Assembly: GCA_964439255.1 (NCBI GenBank)
Contig: CAYTOE010000001.1
Location: forward strand, 1 to 36,549
DNA from: an uncultured Aquificales bacterium
GTDB taxonomy: Bacteria > Aquificota > Aquificia > Aquificales > Hydrogenothermaceae
Direction: 5' to 3'
Length of the DNA: 36,549 nucleotides
Shown here: piece after piece, positions 26,580-36,406 of the stretch
How the letters are laid out: every line of letters starts with the position of its first letter
How positions within the stretch are numbered: the first letter of the stretch is position 1
Made by a program: the position numbers and the translations under genes
Notes under the pieces: generated by a model
What the model was told of the DNA's origin: nothing
Seen by the model: only the letters and a program-made list of their open reading frames with translations
Databases searched by the model: none

Positions 26580-27682
26580 TAATCCCCTCTAACTCCTGTT
26601 TTTTCTGTTTTATATACACGTATAACACTTAGAATAACCCCTACAATAAGCAAAAATGTTATTAAAGATGTTCCACCATAACTAATCATAGGAAGGGTTA
26701 TACCTACAACAGGTGCAAATCCCATAGTCATAGCTATATTTATGAACGCCTGAATTGTTATAAGACTACCTCCCATAAAACATATATACCTACCTGATAA
26801 ATCTTCAATTTTTGTTCCCCAGTGGATTATTCTAAGTCCTAAAAGCAGGTAAATAAAAATCAAGAATGCAGAAACAACAAATCCCCATTCTTCGCCTATA
26901 GTTGCAAAAATAAAATCTGTATGTTGTTCAGGCAAAAAGAAAAGTTTAGACTGGGTACCGTGTAAAAAACCTTTTCCAAAAATTTTTCCTGAGCCAATTG
27001 CTATTTCAGACTGTAGTATATGGTAGGCACTGCCAAATGGATCTTCTTCTGGTTTCAAAAAAGCTAAAATCCTCTTTTTCTGGTAATCTTTCAAATGATT
27101 CCATATATACGGGGATAAAAATGCCATAATCAGAATGGAGTAAAAGATAAGTTTTCTACTTATTCCAGCAACAAAAAGGGCTACAATAACAGGAAGTAAT
27201 ATCATAAGTGCTGTTCCCAAATCAGGTTGCATAAGTGTTAAAATAAATGGGATTGAAACAACAAAGATAACTTTTAGTATATCTATGGGATATAGCTTTT
27301 CATGTATATGCCCTAAAATTCTGGCTGTGGTTATGATAATAACAAACTTCATAAATTCAGACGGCTGAATATTAAAAAAACCTAAACTTATCCATCTTTT
27401 TGCGCCCAATATAGTTGTTCCAAACAACATAACCCCTATTAAACTTAAAACACCTAAAGCATAAATGATGTAGGAAAATTTAAGAACCTTTCTGTAATCT
27501 AAAATAGAAAAAATCATCATAATAATAATTCCGATAAAACCAAATATAGCCTGTTTTATATAAAGGGTTTTATACTCATTTATAGTTGCACTGTATATGT
27601 TTAGTATGCTCCAGAGCACTATAAAAACCACAGAAAGGAAAATAAAAATGTCTGTATCTTTAAAAAAATTAATTTTTTTCAT
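26579..27682 (-). CDS. rodA: SEDS-family peptidoglycan polymerase RodA
   Basis: 367 aa with ~10 TM segments. Shows SEDS motifs QPSEFMK, LQPDLGTA, PEQHTDFIFA and YGGTS. I call it RodA rather than FtsW because it follows mrdA in an mre cluster. Confidence 0.88.
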   Translation of the reverse strand: MKKINFFKDTDIFIFLSVVFIVLWSILNIYSATINEYKTLYIKQAIFGFIGIIIMMIFSILDYRKVLKFSYIIYALGVLSLIGVMLFGTTILGAKRWISLGFFNIQPSEFMKFVIIITTARILGHIHEKLYPIDILKVIFVVSIPFILTLMQPDLGTALMILLPVIVALFVAGISRKLIFYSILIMAFLSPYIWNHLKDYQKKRILAFLKPEEDPFGSAYHILQSEIAIGSGKIFGKGFLHGTQSKLFFLPEQHTDFIFATIGEEWGFVVSAFLIFIYLLLGLRIIHWGTKIEDLSGRYICFMGGSLITIQAFINIAMTMGFAPVVGITLPMISYGGTSLITFLLIVGVILSVIRVYKTEKTGVRGD

Positions 27683-29462
27683 TGAAGTACCCTATTTCGT
27701 AAAGTTTGTTAAGGATTGTTTTTGTTATTGGAACAGCGGTTTTACTACCACCAACTCCATGCTCAACAAAAACAGATATAACTATTTTAGGATGTTTGTA
27801 AGGGGCAAAATCTATAAACCAGGCGTGGTTTTGAAGTTCCCATTTGTCTATCTTTGTATTGTGTTCTTTATGTCTGTAAACCTGTGCTGTCCCTGTTTTT
27901 CCACCATTTTTTACAGGAGCATCTCTTAGAGCTTTAGCTGTTGCTCTACTGCCGTAAACAACAAGATAAAGACCCCTTTTTATTGTGCTTAAAAATCTAT
28001 CGCTAACAGGGATTTTTCTAATTATTTCAGGTTTAATCTCTATCAAACGTTTCCTGTCCATATCAAAGTAAGCTTTTAGTAAATGAGGCTTATAAACAAG
28101 TCCACCATTAACAACAGGAGCAAGAATTTTCACACTATCAAAAGGTGTGATAGCTAAGAATCCCTGACCTATACTGTAGTTAACAGTATCACCTAAATAC
28201 CACGGTTCACCTATATACCTTTTTTTCCAATCTGGCGTTGGAATCCTTGAAACTCTTCTCTCTATACGGGGATTTAATTTTTCTCCTAATCCAAAAAGCT
28301 TTGCATACCTTGATATCTTTTCAGAACCAAGCTGTATACCAACCTGATAAAAGAATGTATCACAGGACATCTCTAAAGCCCTTTTTACATCAATCTTTCC
28401 ACAACCGGATAAATCCCAGTTTCTATAACGCCATTTACCAATCTGAATAAAACCTTTACTTTCTATTTTTGTATCAGGTTTTATAACCCCTTCCTGTAAA
28501 GCAGCAGCAGCAACTATTATTTTGAATATTGAACCTGGAGGATATAAACCTTTTAATGCTTTATTAAAGAGGGGTTTGTACTTGTTTTTTACTATCTTTT
28601 CCCATTCTTTTTTTGAAAATCCTTTAACAAACTTTTGAAGGTCGTATATAGGATAGTTTAGAAGGGCAAGTATCTCGTAAGTGTTTGGGTTTAAAAGAAC
28701 TATTGAACCTGATTTCTGTTTTGATTCTTTAAATGCATCATATATAAGCTTTTGAAGTTTTACATCAACAGTAAGGTATATATCTTTTCCCCTTTTTGGT
28801 TCTTTTTCCCAGAGAACATCTTTTATTCTTCCAAAAGCATCAACCATAACAGCCTTTACACCAAACTGGCCTGTCAGATAATCGTTGTAAATCTTTTCTA
28901 TTCCCTGTTTTCCAATAAGCATATCTGGAGGAATCGAAGGATTTTCCTGTAACTCTTTTTTTGTTGGATATCCAACATACCCTATCAGATGTGGCAGGTA
29001 CTTTGCATGTTTTGTATAAACCCTTTTTGGTTGAACCTGAATATAAACATTTGGAAAAAGATATGAATAACTGTACAGAATTTCTATCTGATTTTTATCA
29101 AGACCTTTATATATAATAACTTTTTGGGAATAACCGTTTTTTATTCTGTTTTTTATCTTTTCAGAAAGCTCTATACCAAGGTATTTTTTCAGATTTTTTT
29201 CTAACTCATCTAAATGTTTCTTTACATCGTATGGAAACACATACAGGTTAAAAACAGGTTTATCGTAAGCCAAAAGTATTCCATTTCTATCGTATATCTT
29301 CCCCCTTGGTGGAATAGATATAATGAACCTGAGGTGATTTTTCGTGGAAATGCCCCTAAAATAATCCCCTTTGATTATCTGTAGGTATGCAAGTCTCAGT
29401 ATTAAAACGACAAAAAAACCTATAAGAAAGAAGGATAAAATCCTAACCCTTTGTATGTTCAT
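27669..29462 (-). CDS. mrdA: Penicillin-binding protein 2 (elongasome transpeptidase)
   Basis: 597 aa with an N-terminal TM anchor. The PBP dimerisation domain shows GKIYDRNG. The transpeptidase motifs are SIFK (SxxK), YSIGQG (SxN-like region) and KTGTA. Confidence 0.9.
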   Translation of the reverse strand: MNIQRVRILSFFLIGFFVVLILRLAYLQIIKGDYFRGISTKNHLRFIISIPPRGKIYDRNGILLAYDKPVFNLYVFPYDVKKHLDELEKNLKKYLGIELSEKIKNRIKNGYSQKVIIYKGLDKNQIEILYSYSYLFPNVYIQVQPKRVYTKHAKYLPHLIGYVGYPTKKELQENPSIPPDMLIGKQGIEKIYNDYLTGQFGVKAVMVDAFGRIKDVLWEKEPKRGKDIYLTVDVKLQKLIYDAFKESKQKSGSIVLLNPNTYEILALLNYPIYDLQKFVKGFSKKEWEKIVKNKYKPLFNKALKGLYPPGSIFKIIVAAAALQEGVIKPDTKIESKGFIQIGKWRYRNWDLSGCGKIDVKRALEMSCDTFFYQVGIQLGSEKISRYAKLFGLGEKLNPRIERRVSRIPTPDWKKRYIGEPWYLGDTVNYSIGQGFLAITPFDSVKILAPVVNGGLVYKPHLLKAYFDMDRKRLIEIKPEIIRKIPVSDRFLSTIKRGLYLVVYGSRATAKALRDAPVKNGGKTGTAQVYRHKEHNTKIDKWELQNHAWFIDFAPYKHPKIVISVFVEHGVGGSKTAVPITKTILNKLYEIGYFNEKN

Positions 29463-29898
29463 TTATAATGTAATAAACCCCAAAAATTATAAGATTTAAA
29501 AGTATATATGATATAAAACCCGGGGATATATAAAATATTCCTGTTTTCAGGTATGTAAAAAATATTTTTAAAGAGATATCTATAATAGATAAAATCGTTA
29601 TTATAATCATCTGAAGAACAAAATTTGACACAAAAATAAATCTTTTCACTAAAAGGGTAAATGAAACCATAAGAGTTTTTATCACAAGGTTAAAAAATGA
29701 AAAAGACGGTGAAAAAATATCCTGTAGAAAACCAAGGAAAAATCCAAACTTATAGGAATCATAAAAAGAGTGTCTTATAACATAAATAATAAGAAAAATC
29801 GTTAAAAAATCAGGTGTAAAATCAAAAACAGAAAAGTACTTTATAAAAACAGAAGACTGGATTATTAAAATCAGTACAGCCAGTATGTAAGCTTTCAT
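29443..29898 (-). CDS. mreD: Rod shape-determining protein MreD
   Basis: 151 aa, very hydrophobic, with ~5 TM segments. It lies between mreC and mrdA. The call rests mainly on position and topology. Confidence 0.7.
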   Translation of the reverse strand: MKAYILAVLILIIQSSVFIKYFSVFDFTPDFLTIFLIIYVIRHSFYDSYKFGFFLGFLQDIFSPSFSFFNLVIKTLMVSFTLLVKRFIFVSNFVLQMIIITILSIIDISLKIFFTYLKTGIFYISPGFISYILLNLIIFGVYYIINEHTKG

Positions 29899-30680
29899 TT
29901 CTCTTTTCTTTGAACTATTATTACGTACTCAGTTGAAAATGGTTTTATATCTATAGAAACAAAAACCTTTTTAAAAAACTCACCTTCTTCATACTCAATA
30001 GAAGATATCTTTCCTATAGGAATTCCATCAGGATAAGAACCATCTGAAGATGCAGTTTCAACAGTATCTCCTATCCTTATATCCTGCTCAGGACTAACAA
30101 GGAAAAGAACACCTTTTTTCTGATTATAACCCTGAAAAAAAACAGTTTCCCTCGTTTTTTTTGTCCTTGCTGTTATTTTAAAATTTTTATCAGATATTAA
30201 AAGAACTTTTGATGTTAAATAACCAACGCTTGATACTATACCAAATAACTTTCCATTTGATATAACTAAATCCCCTTTTTTAATACCATTCTTCTTACCA
30301 CCATTTATCAAAACTATATTTGACCAGTTATCCGGGGAATATCCTACTATTTTACTTGTTATAAAAGTATATCCATCCAGAATATTTGAAAAATTTAAAA
30401 GTTCTTTTAACTTTGCATTTTCCAACTCTAAATACTTTAAAGAAACAATTTCCGCTTTTAAAAGTTCTATATTTTTTTTCAAATTCTGATTTTCTTCTAT
30501 AAGCTCATTTTTATCTTTCAAAAACATTGATATTTCAGATATTTCTTCTGAAACTACGGAAAATGTATAAAGAAACGGGTAAAGAACGTCGTAAAAAATG
30601 TTTTTCACTTTAGGTATAAAAAGCAGGGCAATGAGAAATATCCCTGCAAAAATGAGAAAAAGCAATCTTTTAGTTTGCAT
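29895..30680 (-). CDS. mreC: Rod shape-determining protein MreC
   Basis: 261 aa. Has an N-terminal TM, a coiled coil (ENQNLKKNIELLKAEIVSLKYLELENAKLKELL) and a beta-rich domain with the GDLVISNGKLFG and YPDGIPIGKI motifs. Confidence 0.85.
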   Translation of the reverse strand: MQTKRLLFLIFAGIFLIALLFIPKVKNIFYDVLYPFLYTFSVVSEEISEISMFLKDKNELIEENQNLKKNIELLKAEIVSLKYLELENAKLKELLNFSNILDGYTFITSKIVGYSPDNWSNIVLINGGKKNGIKKGDLVISNGKLFGIVSSVGYLTSKVLLISDKNFKITARTKKTRETVFFQGYNQKKGVLFLVSPEQDIRIGDTVETASSDGSYPDGIPIGKISSIEYEEGEFFKKVFVSIDIKPFSTEYVIIVQRKEK

Positions 30681-30703
30681 TTAACCATCCTGTTTTAACA
30701 GGC

Positions 30704-31753
30704 TTAAAAAGAAACTTTTTTTATCAGGTCAATATCCTCTAAAGATATTCCTATACCTTTTGCAACAGCTGTTAAAGGCTCATCGCAGTAATATACTGGA
30801 AGGTTTGTTTCTTCCTTGAGTCTCAAATCTAAACCATGGAGAAGAGAACCGCCACCTGCAAGCACTATACCTCTTTCAACAATATCAGCTGCAAGTTCTG
30901 GAGGTGTTTTTTCAAGAGCTGTTCTAACAGCATTAACAATATTTGAAACAACCTCTTCAAGGGCACCCCTTATTTCATCACCTTTTATAACAGCACTTCT
31001 TGGCATACCTGTCATATCTCTACCTCTGATTTCCATCTCTTCCTTATCCCTTTCTGTCTGGTACGCAGAACCTAACTTTATTTTTATCTTTTCAGCTGTC
31101 TGTTCACCAATCAGTATATGGTGTGCCCTTTTTAAATGCTGTATTATTGCGTTATTCATCTCATCACCGGCAACCCTTATAGATGTTGATAGAACAAGTC
31201 CCGAAAGGGATATAACAGCTATCTCTGATGTTCCGCCACCAATATCAACTATCATGTTTCCGCCAGGTTGCTGGATTGGAAGGTTCGCACCAATAGCTGC
31301 AGCCATAGGTTCTGCAATAAGGAAAACCTCTCTTGCACCTGCCTGTTTAGCCGCATCTATTACAGCTCTTCTTTCAACGGTGGTTATGCCAGAAGGAACA
31401 CCAACAATTATTCTTGGTCTTGGTTTCAAGATATTAGTTATAGTATTATCCTCATGTACCTTTTTTATAAAATATTTCAGCATTTCCTGTGTTACATCAA
31501 AGTCTGCTATCACACCATCTTTCAGAGGTCTTACTATCTTTATATTTTCAGGGGTTTTCCCTATCATAGATTTTGCTTCTTTTCCAACAGCTATGACCTT
31601 TTTTGTATTTCTATCTATTGCAACAATAGATGGCTCTGAGAGAACAATACCTTTACCTTTAACGAAAACAAGTGTATTAGCTGTCCCTAAATCTATACCA
31701 ACATCACTTGAGAACATTCCAAAAGCATAGTCTAAGATATTATGGCCGAACAT
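30704..31753 (-). CDS. mreB: Rod shape-determining actin homologue MreB
   Basis: Shows GIDLGTANTLV, AVGKEAK, RPLKDGVIADF, EPMAAAIGA, VDIGGGTSE and LAGGGSLL. I chose the start at ATG 31753 (MFGHN), which is preceded by AGGAGG. The track ORF starts at 31774. Confidence 0.95.
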   Translation of the reverse strand: MFGHNILDYAFGMFSSDVGIDLGTANTLVFVKGKGIVLSEPSIVAIDRNTKKVIAVGKEAKSMIGKTPENIKIVRPLKDGVIADFDVTQEMLKYFIKKVHEDNTITNILKPRPRIIVGVPSGITTVERRAVIDAAKQAGAREVFLIAEPMAAAIGANLPIQQPGGNMIVDIGGGTSEIAVISLSGLVLSTSIRVAGDEMNNAIIQHLKRAHHILIGEQTAEKIKIKLGSAYQTERDKEEMEIRGRDMTGMPRSAVIKGDEIRGALEEVVSNIVNAVRTALEKTPPELAADIVERGIVLAGGGSLLHGLDLRLKEETNLPVYYCDEPLTAVAKGIGISLEDIDLIKKVSF

Positions 31754-31839
31754 ACTTCCTCCTATAAAAATCATAAAGATAATCGAAAAAATATATTATA
31801 AACTATTAAATAAAATATTTTTCTCAAGTGGAGGACGTA

Positions 31840-32721
31840 ATGTTTAAAGGCTCTTTAGTCGCTCTAATCACACCTTTCAAGGATGGTTCTATAGATAAGA
31901 AATCTCTAAAAAGACTAATAGATTTTCATGTTGAAAATGGAACAGATGCAGTTGTTGTAGCTGGAACAACTGGTGAATCGGCAACATTAACATTTTCAGA
32001 ACATGAAGAACTTATTAATCTTGCAGTTGAATATGCAGATAAAAGAATTCCAGTTGTTGCAGGAACAGGAGCAAACGCAACCCATGAAGCGATAGCTTTA
32101 ACAAAATCTGCTGAAAAAGCAGGTGCTGATGGCTCACTTCAGATAGTTCCTTACTACAACAAACCAACACAGGAAGGAATATACCAGCATTTCAAAGCCA
32201 TAGCAGAAGAAACAAACCTGCCTTTAATTCTGTACAACATCCCTTCAAGAACAGGTGTTGACATGTTTCCTGAAACATTCGCAAGGCTTTACTCAGATTT
32301 CCCAAATGTTATCGGTCTAAAAGAGGCAACAGGGAATGTTGCAAGGGTTTCAGAAACTATATCTCTTACAAACCCGGATGTTATTATACTTTCTGGAGAT
32401 GATGCTCTTACAATCCCAATGATGTCAGTTGGGGCGAAAGGAGTAATATCAGTTGCAAATAATATTGTTCCAAAAGATATAGCTGAGATGTGCAGATTAG
32501 CACTTGATGGAAAATTTGATGAAGCAAGAAAAATCCATGATAAATACTGGAAACTTTTCAAAACTATGTTTATAGAAACAAACCCTATACCTGTCAAAAC
32601 AGCCGCCTATCTTATGGGGCTTATAGATGACCTTGAAATGAGACTTCCCCTTTACTATATGAAACCTGAGAATGAAGAAAAATTAAAATCAGTCTTGAAA
32701 GAGTACGGTTTAATAAAGTAA
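31840..32721 (+). CDS. dapA: 4-hydroxy-tetrahydrodipicolinate synthase
   Basis: Shows GSLVALITPF, VVAGTTGESATL, VVAGTGANAT, QIVPYYNKP, LYNIPSRTG and GLKEATG. I chose the start at ATG 31840 (MFKGS), with GGAGGA at 31830-31835. The track start is GTG 31828. Confidence 0.95.
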   Translation: MFKGSLVALITPFKDGSIDKKSLKRLIDFHVENGTDAVVVAGTTGESATLTFSEHEELINLAVEYADKRIPVVAGTGANATHEAIALTKSAEKAGADGSLQIVPYYNKPTQEGIYQHFKAIAEETNLPLILYNIPSRTGVDMFPETFARLYSDFPNVIGLKEATGNVARVSETISLTNPDVIILSGDDALTIPMMSVGAKGVISVANNIVPKDIAEMCRLALDGKFDEARKIHDKYWKLFKTMFIETNPIPVKTAAYLMGLIDDLEMRLPLYYMKPENEEKLKSVLKEYGLIK

Positions 32722-32852
32722 TTTTCCTATTTGCAAATTTACAAAATTTTTAGCATGAAAGTTTATCTTTTTGTTAGGTTTATTTTTGCAAAAATTAAGG
32801 CATAAATTTTGCTATATTATTCAATCCTGATTAAAATTTTAGGAGGTTTTTT

Positions 32853-33665
32853 TTGAAAGTAGGCATAGTTGGCATAGGAAATATGGGTTCAAAATATATA
32901 AAGAAGTTTGATATATTAGGTTTTGAAACAGTCCTTATAGACAAAAGTCAGACCCAGCTTTCCAAATATTCGGACAAATACAAGAAATATACTGATATTG
33001 ATGAAGCATTAAAAAAAGAAAATTTAGATTTTCTTTTTATAGCCACAGACCCAAAATCCCATATTCCCCTCGCAAAAAAGGCTATAGAAAGAGAAATAAA
33101 CGTTATGGTTGAAAAACCCCCTGCTTTAAAACCATCCCAGCTTGAAGAAGCTATAAACTTAGCAAAAAAGAAAAATGTTTTTTTAGGTGTTTCTGAAATT
33201 GAGTTAAGGTCAAACAGCATAAGAAATCTTTATACAGAAGACAACATTTTTGAGGTTGAAGCTTACAGGTTAAATCTTGGTAGAGGCTATATAAACCCTT
33301 TTTACGACCTTGCATGGCATGACCTCTATATTCTCAACTACCTTTTTGGGAATGTGGTTATCAAAAAAGTTTTAGATAAAGGAGATATTTTTGAAATAAA
33401 AGGAGAGACAGAAAAGAATGAATTTTTCCTTCAGGTTGCCTGGAGCCATGATTTTTTGAGGAGAGAGTGGTTATTAAAAACAGATGAAGGAAACATAACA
33501 TTAAACTTTGTTGAAGATAAAATCATGTACCCATCAGGTAAAACTGTTGAAAAAGACAATGTTGATAAATTGGAACTTATGATAAAACAGTTTATTGAAA
33601 ATCCTTCTTTTGAAAGTTCTTACAGAGCTTTAAACATACTGAAAGAATTTAACAAATTTTCATAA
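32853..33665 (+). CDS. Gfo/Idh/MocA-family NAD(P)-dependent oxidoreductase (short form), candidate sugar-nucleotide dehydrogenase
   Basis: 270 aa. Has the Rossmann opening KVGIVGIGNMGSKY and the family motif VMVEKPPA. It uses a TTG start with AGGAGG 6 nt upstream. It is immediately followed by a DegT aminotransferase. Confidence 0.72.
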   Translation: MKVGIVGIGNMGSKYIKKFDILGFETVLIDKSQTQLSKYSDKYKKYTDIDEALKKENLDFLFIATDPKSHIPLAKKAIEREINVMVEKPPALKPSQLEEAINLAKKKNVFLGVSEIELRSNSIRNLYTEDNIFEVEAYRLNLGRGYINPFYDLAWHDLYILNYLFGNVVIKKVLDKGDIFEIKGETEKNEFFLQVAWSHDFLRREWLLKTDEGNITLNFVEDKIMYPSGKTVEKDNVDKLELMIKQFIENPSFESSYRALNILKEFNKFS

Positions 33666-33672
33666 AGGAGAG

Positions 33673-34734
33673 ATGGCATTGATACCTATAATAAAACCAG
33701 AATTTGGAGCAGAAGAAGAAAAAACTGTACTTGAGATAATAAAAAGTGGTCAGATTACAAGGGGAAAATGGACATTAAAATTTAAAGAATCTTTCAGAGA
33801 TTATATAGGTTCAGGTTTCTGTCATCCTGTTTGTAGTGGAACAGCAGCACTTTATATAGCTCTAAAAGCTCTTGGCGTTAATTCCAAAGAGGATAAGGTT
33901 ATTGTTCCAGCTATGAGTTTTATGGCGACTATAGATTCTGTGATATTAGCAGGGGGAACACCTGTTGTTGTTGATATAGGGGAAGATTTTTGCATGGATC
34001 CAAAATCTCTTGAAGAAGCCGTAGAGAAGTATAGTCCAAAAGTTGTTGTTCCTGTTCATCTTTTCGGACAGACAGCAGATATGGAACCGATAAATAAAAT
34101 ATGTAAGGAAAAAGGAATATTCGTCCTTGAAGATGCAGCTCAGGCTCATGGAGCTCAGTACAAAGGAAAAAAAGCAGGTGCTTTAGGAGATATATCAGCT
34201 TTCAGTTTTTATGCTTCAAAAAATGTTCCAATGGGTGAAGGTGGAGCGATTTTAACAGAAAACCCTGATTTAGATGAAAAGATATCAAACTGGATTGAGT
34301 TTGGAGACCATCCGGCTTTAAATCTGAGAATAACAGAATTTCAAGCTGGAATTGGATACTGGCAGCTACAAAAATTAGACAATATGAATGACAGGAGAAG
34401 AAAAATAGCACATCTTTATTCCAGAGAGTTTAAAGAACTTCCTGGATTGAAAATACCAGAGGAATTTCCAGAAAGAAAACATGTTTACCATATATACACA
34501 CTTAGACACCCTAACAGAGATGAGATTGTAGAAAAGTTAATTGAAAAGGGTATAGGTGCAAGGGTTTACTATGATTACACACTCCACCAGCTGAGAAATG
34601 CGGAACATGTTGACTGTTCTTTTGCAGAAAATCTAACAAAAGAGATTTTTGCAATACCTGTCTATCCTTCATTAAAGGATGAAGAGGTGGAATATATCAT
34701 TGAAACAGTAAAAAAAGTGGTACAAAATGTATAG
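33673..34734 (+). CDS. DegT/DnrJ/EryC1/StrS-family PLP-dependent sugar aminotransferase
   Basis: 353 aa. Shows CSGTAALYIAL, EDAAQAHGA and the Lys-containing FSFYASKNVPMGEGGA, which is the Schiff-base lysine context of this family. Confidence 0.9.
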   Translation: MALIPIIKPEFGAEEEKTVLEIIKSGQITRGKWTLKFKESFRDYIGSGFCHPVCSGTAALYIALKALGVNSKEDKVIVPAMSFMATIDSVILAGGTPVVVDIGEDFCMDPKSLEEAVEKYSPKVVVPVHLFGQTADMEPINKICKEKGIFVLEDAAQAHGAQYKGKKAGALGDISAFSFYASKNVPMGEGGAILTENPDLDEKISNWIEFGDHPALNLRITEFQAGIGYWQLQKLDNMNDRRRKIAHLYSREFKELPGLKIPEEFPERKHVYHIYTLRHPNRDEIVEKLIEKGIGARVYYDYTLHQLRNAEHVDCSFAENLTKEIFAIPVYPSLKDEEVEYIIETVKKVVQNV

Positions 34735-34755
34735 AAAATAGTTAAGGGGTGAATT

Positions 34756-35232
34756 ATGGCTATAGATATAAGAACTGTTGAAGGAAGATTATCTGCAGAA
34801 GGTCTGAAATTTGCCATCATTGTAGGTAGATTTAACAGTCTTATAACTGAGAAACTTGTGGAAGGTGCTGTTGACTGTATTATAAGACATGGCGGTTCAG
34901 AAGACAGTATAACAATTATAAAAGTTCCTGGCTCATTTGAGATTCCCCTTGCTGCAAAAAGAGCAGCAAAATCAGGAAGCTATGATGCTGTTATCTGCCT
35001 TGGAGCTGTTATAAGAGGTGCTACACCCCATTTTGATTATGTCGCAAATGAAGTTACAAAAGGTATAGCCCAGGTTGCCCTTGAAACAGAAGTTCCTATA
35101 GCCTACGGCATATTAACAACAGATACTATAGAACAGGCTATTGAAAGAGCAGGAACAAAAATGGGTAATAAAGGTTTTGATGCTGCTCTTACAGCTATAG
35201 AAATGGCAAACCTTATAGATGAGATAGACTAA
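34756..35232 (+). CDS. ribH: 6,7-dimethyl-8-ribityllumazine synthase
   Basis: 158 aa. Shows [46 protein letters not shown] and [13 protein letters not shown]. Confidence 0.95.
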   Translation: MAIDIRTVEGRLSAEGLKFAIIVGRFNSLITEKLVEGAVDCIIRHGGSEDSITIIKVPGSFEIPLAAKRAAKSGSYDAVICLGAVIRGATPHFDYVANEVTKGIAQVALETEVPIAYGILTTDTIEQAIERAGTKMGNKGFDAALTAIEMANLIDEID

Positions 35233-35666
35233 TGGGAAGATTCAGAAAAAAGGCAAGAGAAATAGCTTTAAGAACTCTATATACGTATGATATTTTAGGT
35301 GGTGGGGATATATTCCAGATTTTAGAAGACCATATAAAAGATATAAGAAAAGACCTATCCTCAAAAACTATTGAGTATGCCTATAACATAGTAAAAGGTG
35401 TTGAAGAACATTTAGATGAGATAGATAGTTTAATAAAAAATCATTTAAAAAACTGGAGACTTGAAAGACTCGGTTTCCTCGAAAGAGCTTTACTCAGAAT
35501 TGGTACATACGAGCTTGTATTTTCAAATGTTGAAGACAAAGGAAGAGTTTTTATGGATATTCTTGATTTAACAGACTGTTATCTAAATAACAAAGACACA
35601 ATAAAGTTTATAAATGGTGTACTGAGTGCCATTTACAATGATATGAAAGAGGAAGTCCCTAAATGA
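35232..35666 (+). CDS. nusB: Transcription antitermination factor NusB
   Basis: 144 aa. Shows KAREIALRTLYTYD and WRLERLGFLERALLRIGTYEL. It sits in the classic ribH-nusB arrangement. Confidence 0.9.
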   Translation: MGRFRKKAREIALRTLYTYDILGGGDIFQILEDHIKDIRKDLSSKTIEYAYNIVKGVEEHLDEIDSLIKNHLKNWRLERLGFLERALLRIGTYELVFSNVEDKGRVFMDILDLTDCYLNNKDTIKFINGVLSAIYNDMKEEVPK

Positions 35667-36400
35667 GAATAGCCTATATTTCTGATATACATTCAAACTT
35701 TTTTGCCATTGAATCCCTTGAAAAAGACCTTAAAAATGAAGGTGTCGATGAAATAAGATGCCTTGGAGACATTCTCAATTTTGGTTCAAAGCCTGTAGAA
35801 ACGCTTCAGTGGGTAAAAGAAAGATGTAGCATTATCTTAAGAGGTGAACATGATTCTTTTATAGCTGGAATAGAAGGATTTTATTTATCGAATCCTCTTG
35901 CTATAAGGGCAGCTGACTGGACTTTTGATTTTTTAAAAGATGAGGATTTTGAGTTCATAGAAAAATTACCTGTTGATTATGAGGATAAAGAGGTTATACT
36001 TACCCATGATGAACCTTCTGTTCCGGGAAGTATGGCATTTATCTCCTCTGTTAAATCAGCAAAAGACGCTATGACCTGTTACTCAGATAAAATCTGTTTT
36101 TACGGACATATTCATATTCCACTTATTTTTGTAAAGAATCTGAAAACAGGAGAAGTTTTTTTATCAGAAAAGCATGAGTACAGTCTTAAAGAAAATGAAC
36201 AGTACCTTATATCTGTAGGTAGTGTTGGACAACCAAGAGATAAAGACAAAAGGCTGTCTTACGTTATTCATGATACAGAAGAAAAGAAAATCTACATAAG
36301 AAGGATTGAATATCCTTACGAAAAAGCCGCAAAAGATATAAAAGAAAAAGGTCTTCCAGAAGTATTTGCGAATCTTCTAACAAAAGAAATTATCAGGTGA
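35663..36400 (+). CDS. Calcineurin-like metallophosphoesterase (YfcE/MJ0936-type)
   Basis: 245 aa. Metal-binding motifs appear in the expected order: ISDIHSN, LGDILNFG, RGEHD and YGHIHIP. The C-terminal tail is YPYEKAAKDIKEKGLP. The stop TGA is at 36398-36400. Confidence 0.8.
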   Translation: MRIAYISDIHSNFFAIESLEKDLKNEGVDEIRCLGDILNFGSKPVETLQWVKERCSIILRGEHDSFIAGIEGFYLSNPLAIRAADWTFDFLKDEDFEFIEKLPVDYEDKEVILTHDEPSVPGSMAFISSVKSAKDAMTCYSDKICFYGHIHIPLIFVKNLKTGEVFLSEKHEYSLKENEQYLISVGSVGQPRDKDKRLSYVIHDTEEKKIYIRRIEYPYEKAAKDIKEKGLPEVFANLLTKEIIR

Positions 36401-36406
36401 CATCCT

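Noticed and set aside
30816-31730. A 304-aa ORF on the plus strand (with a nested 123-aa ORF at 31268-31639), antisense to mreB.
   Set aside because: It lies entirely inside the unmistakable mreB coding region. The product is low-complexity (S/I/P/A-rich), has no start context and belongs to no recognisable family. It is a typical shadow ORF of a highly constrained gene.
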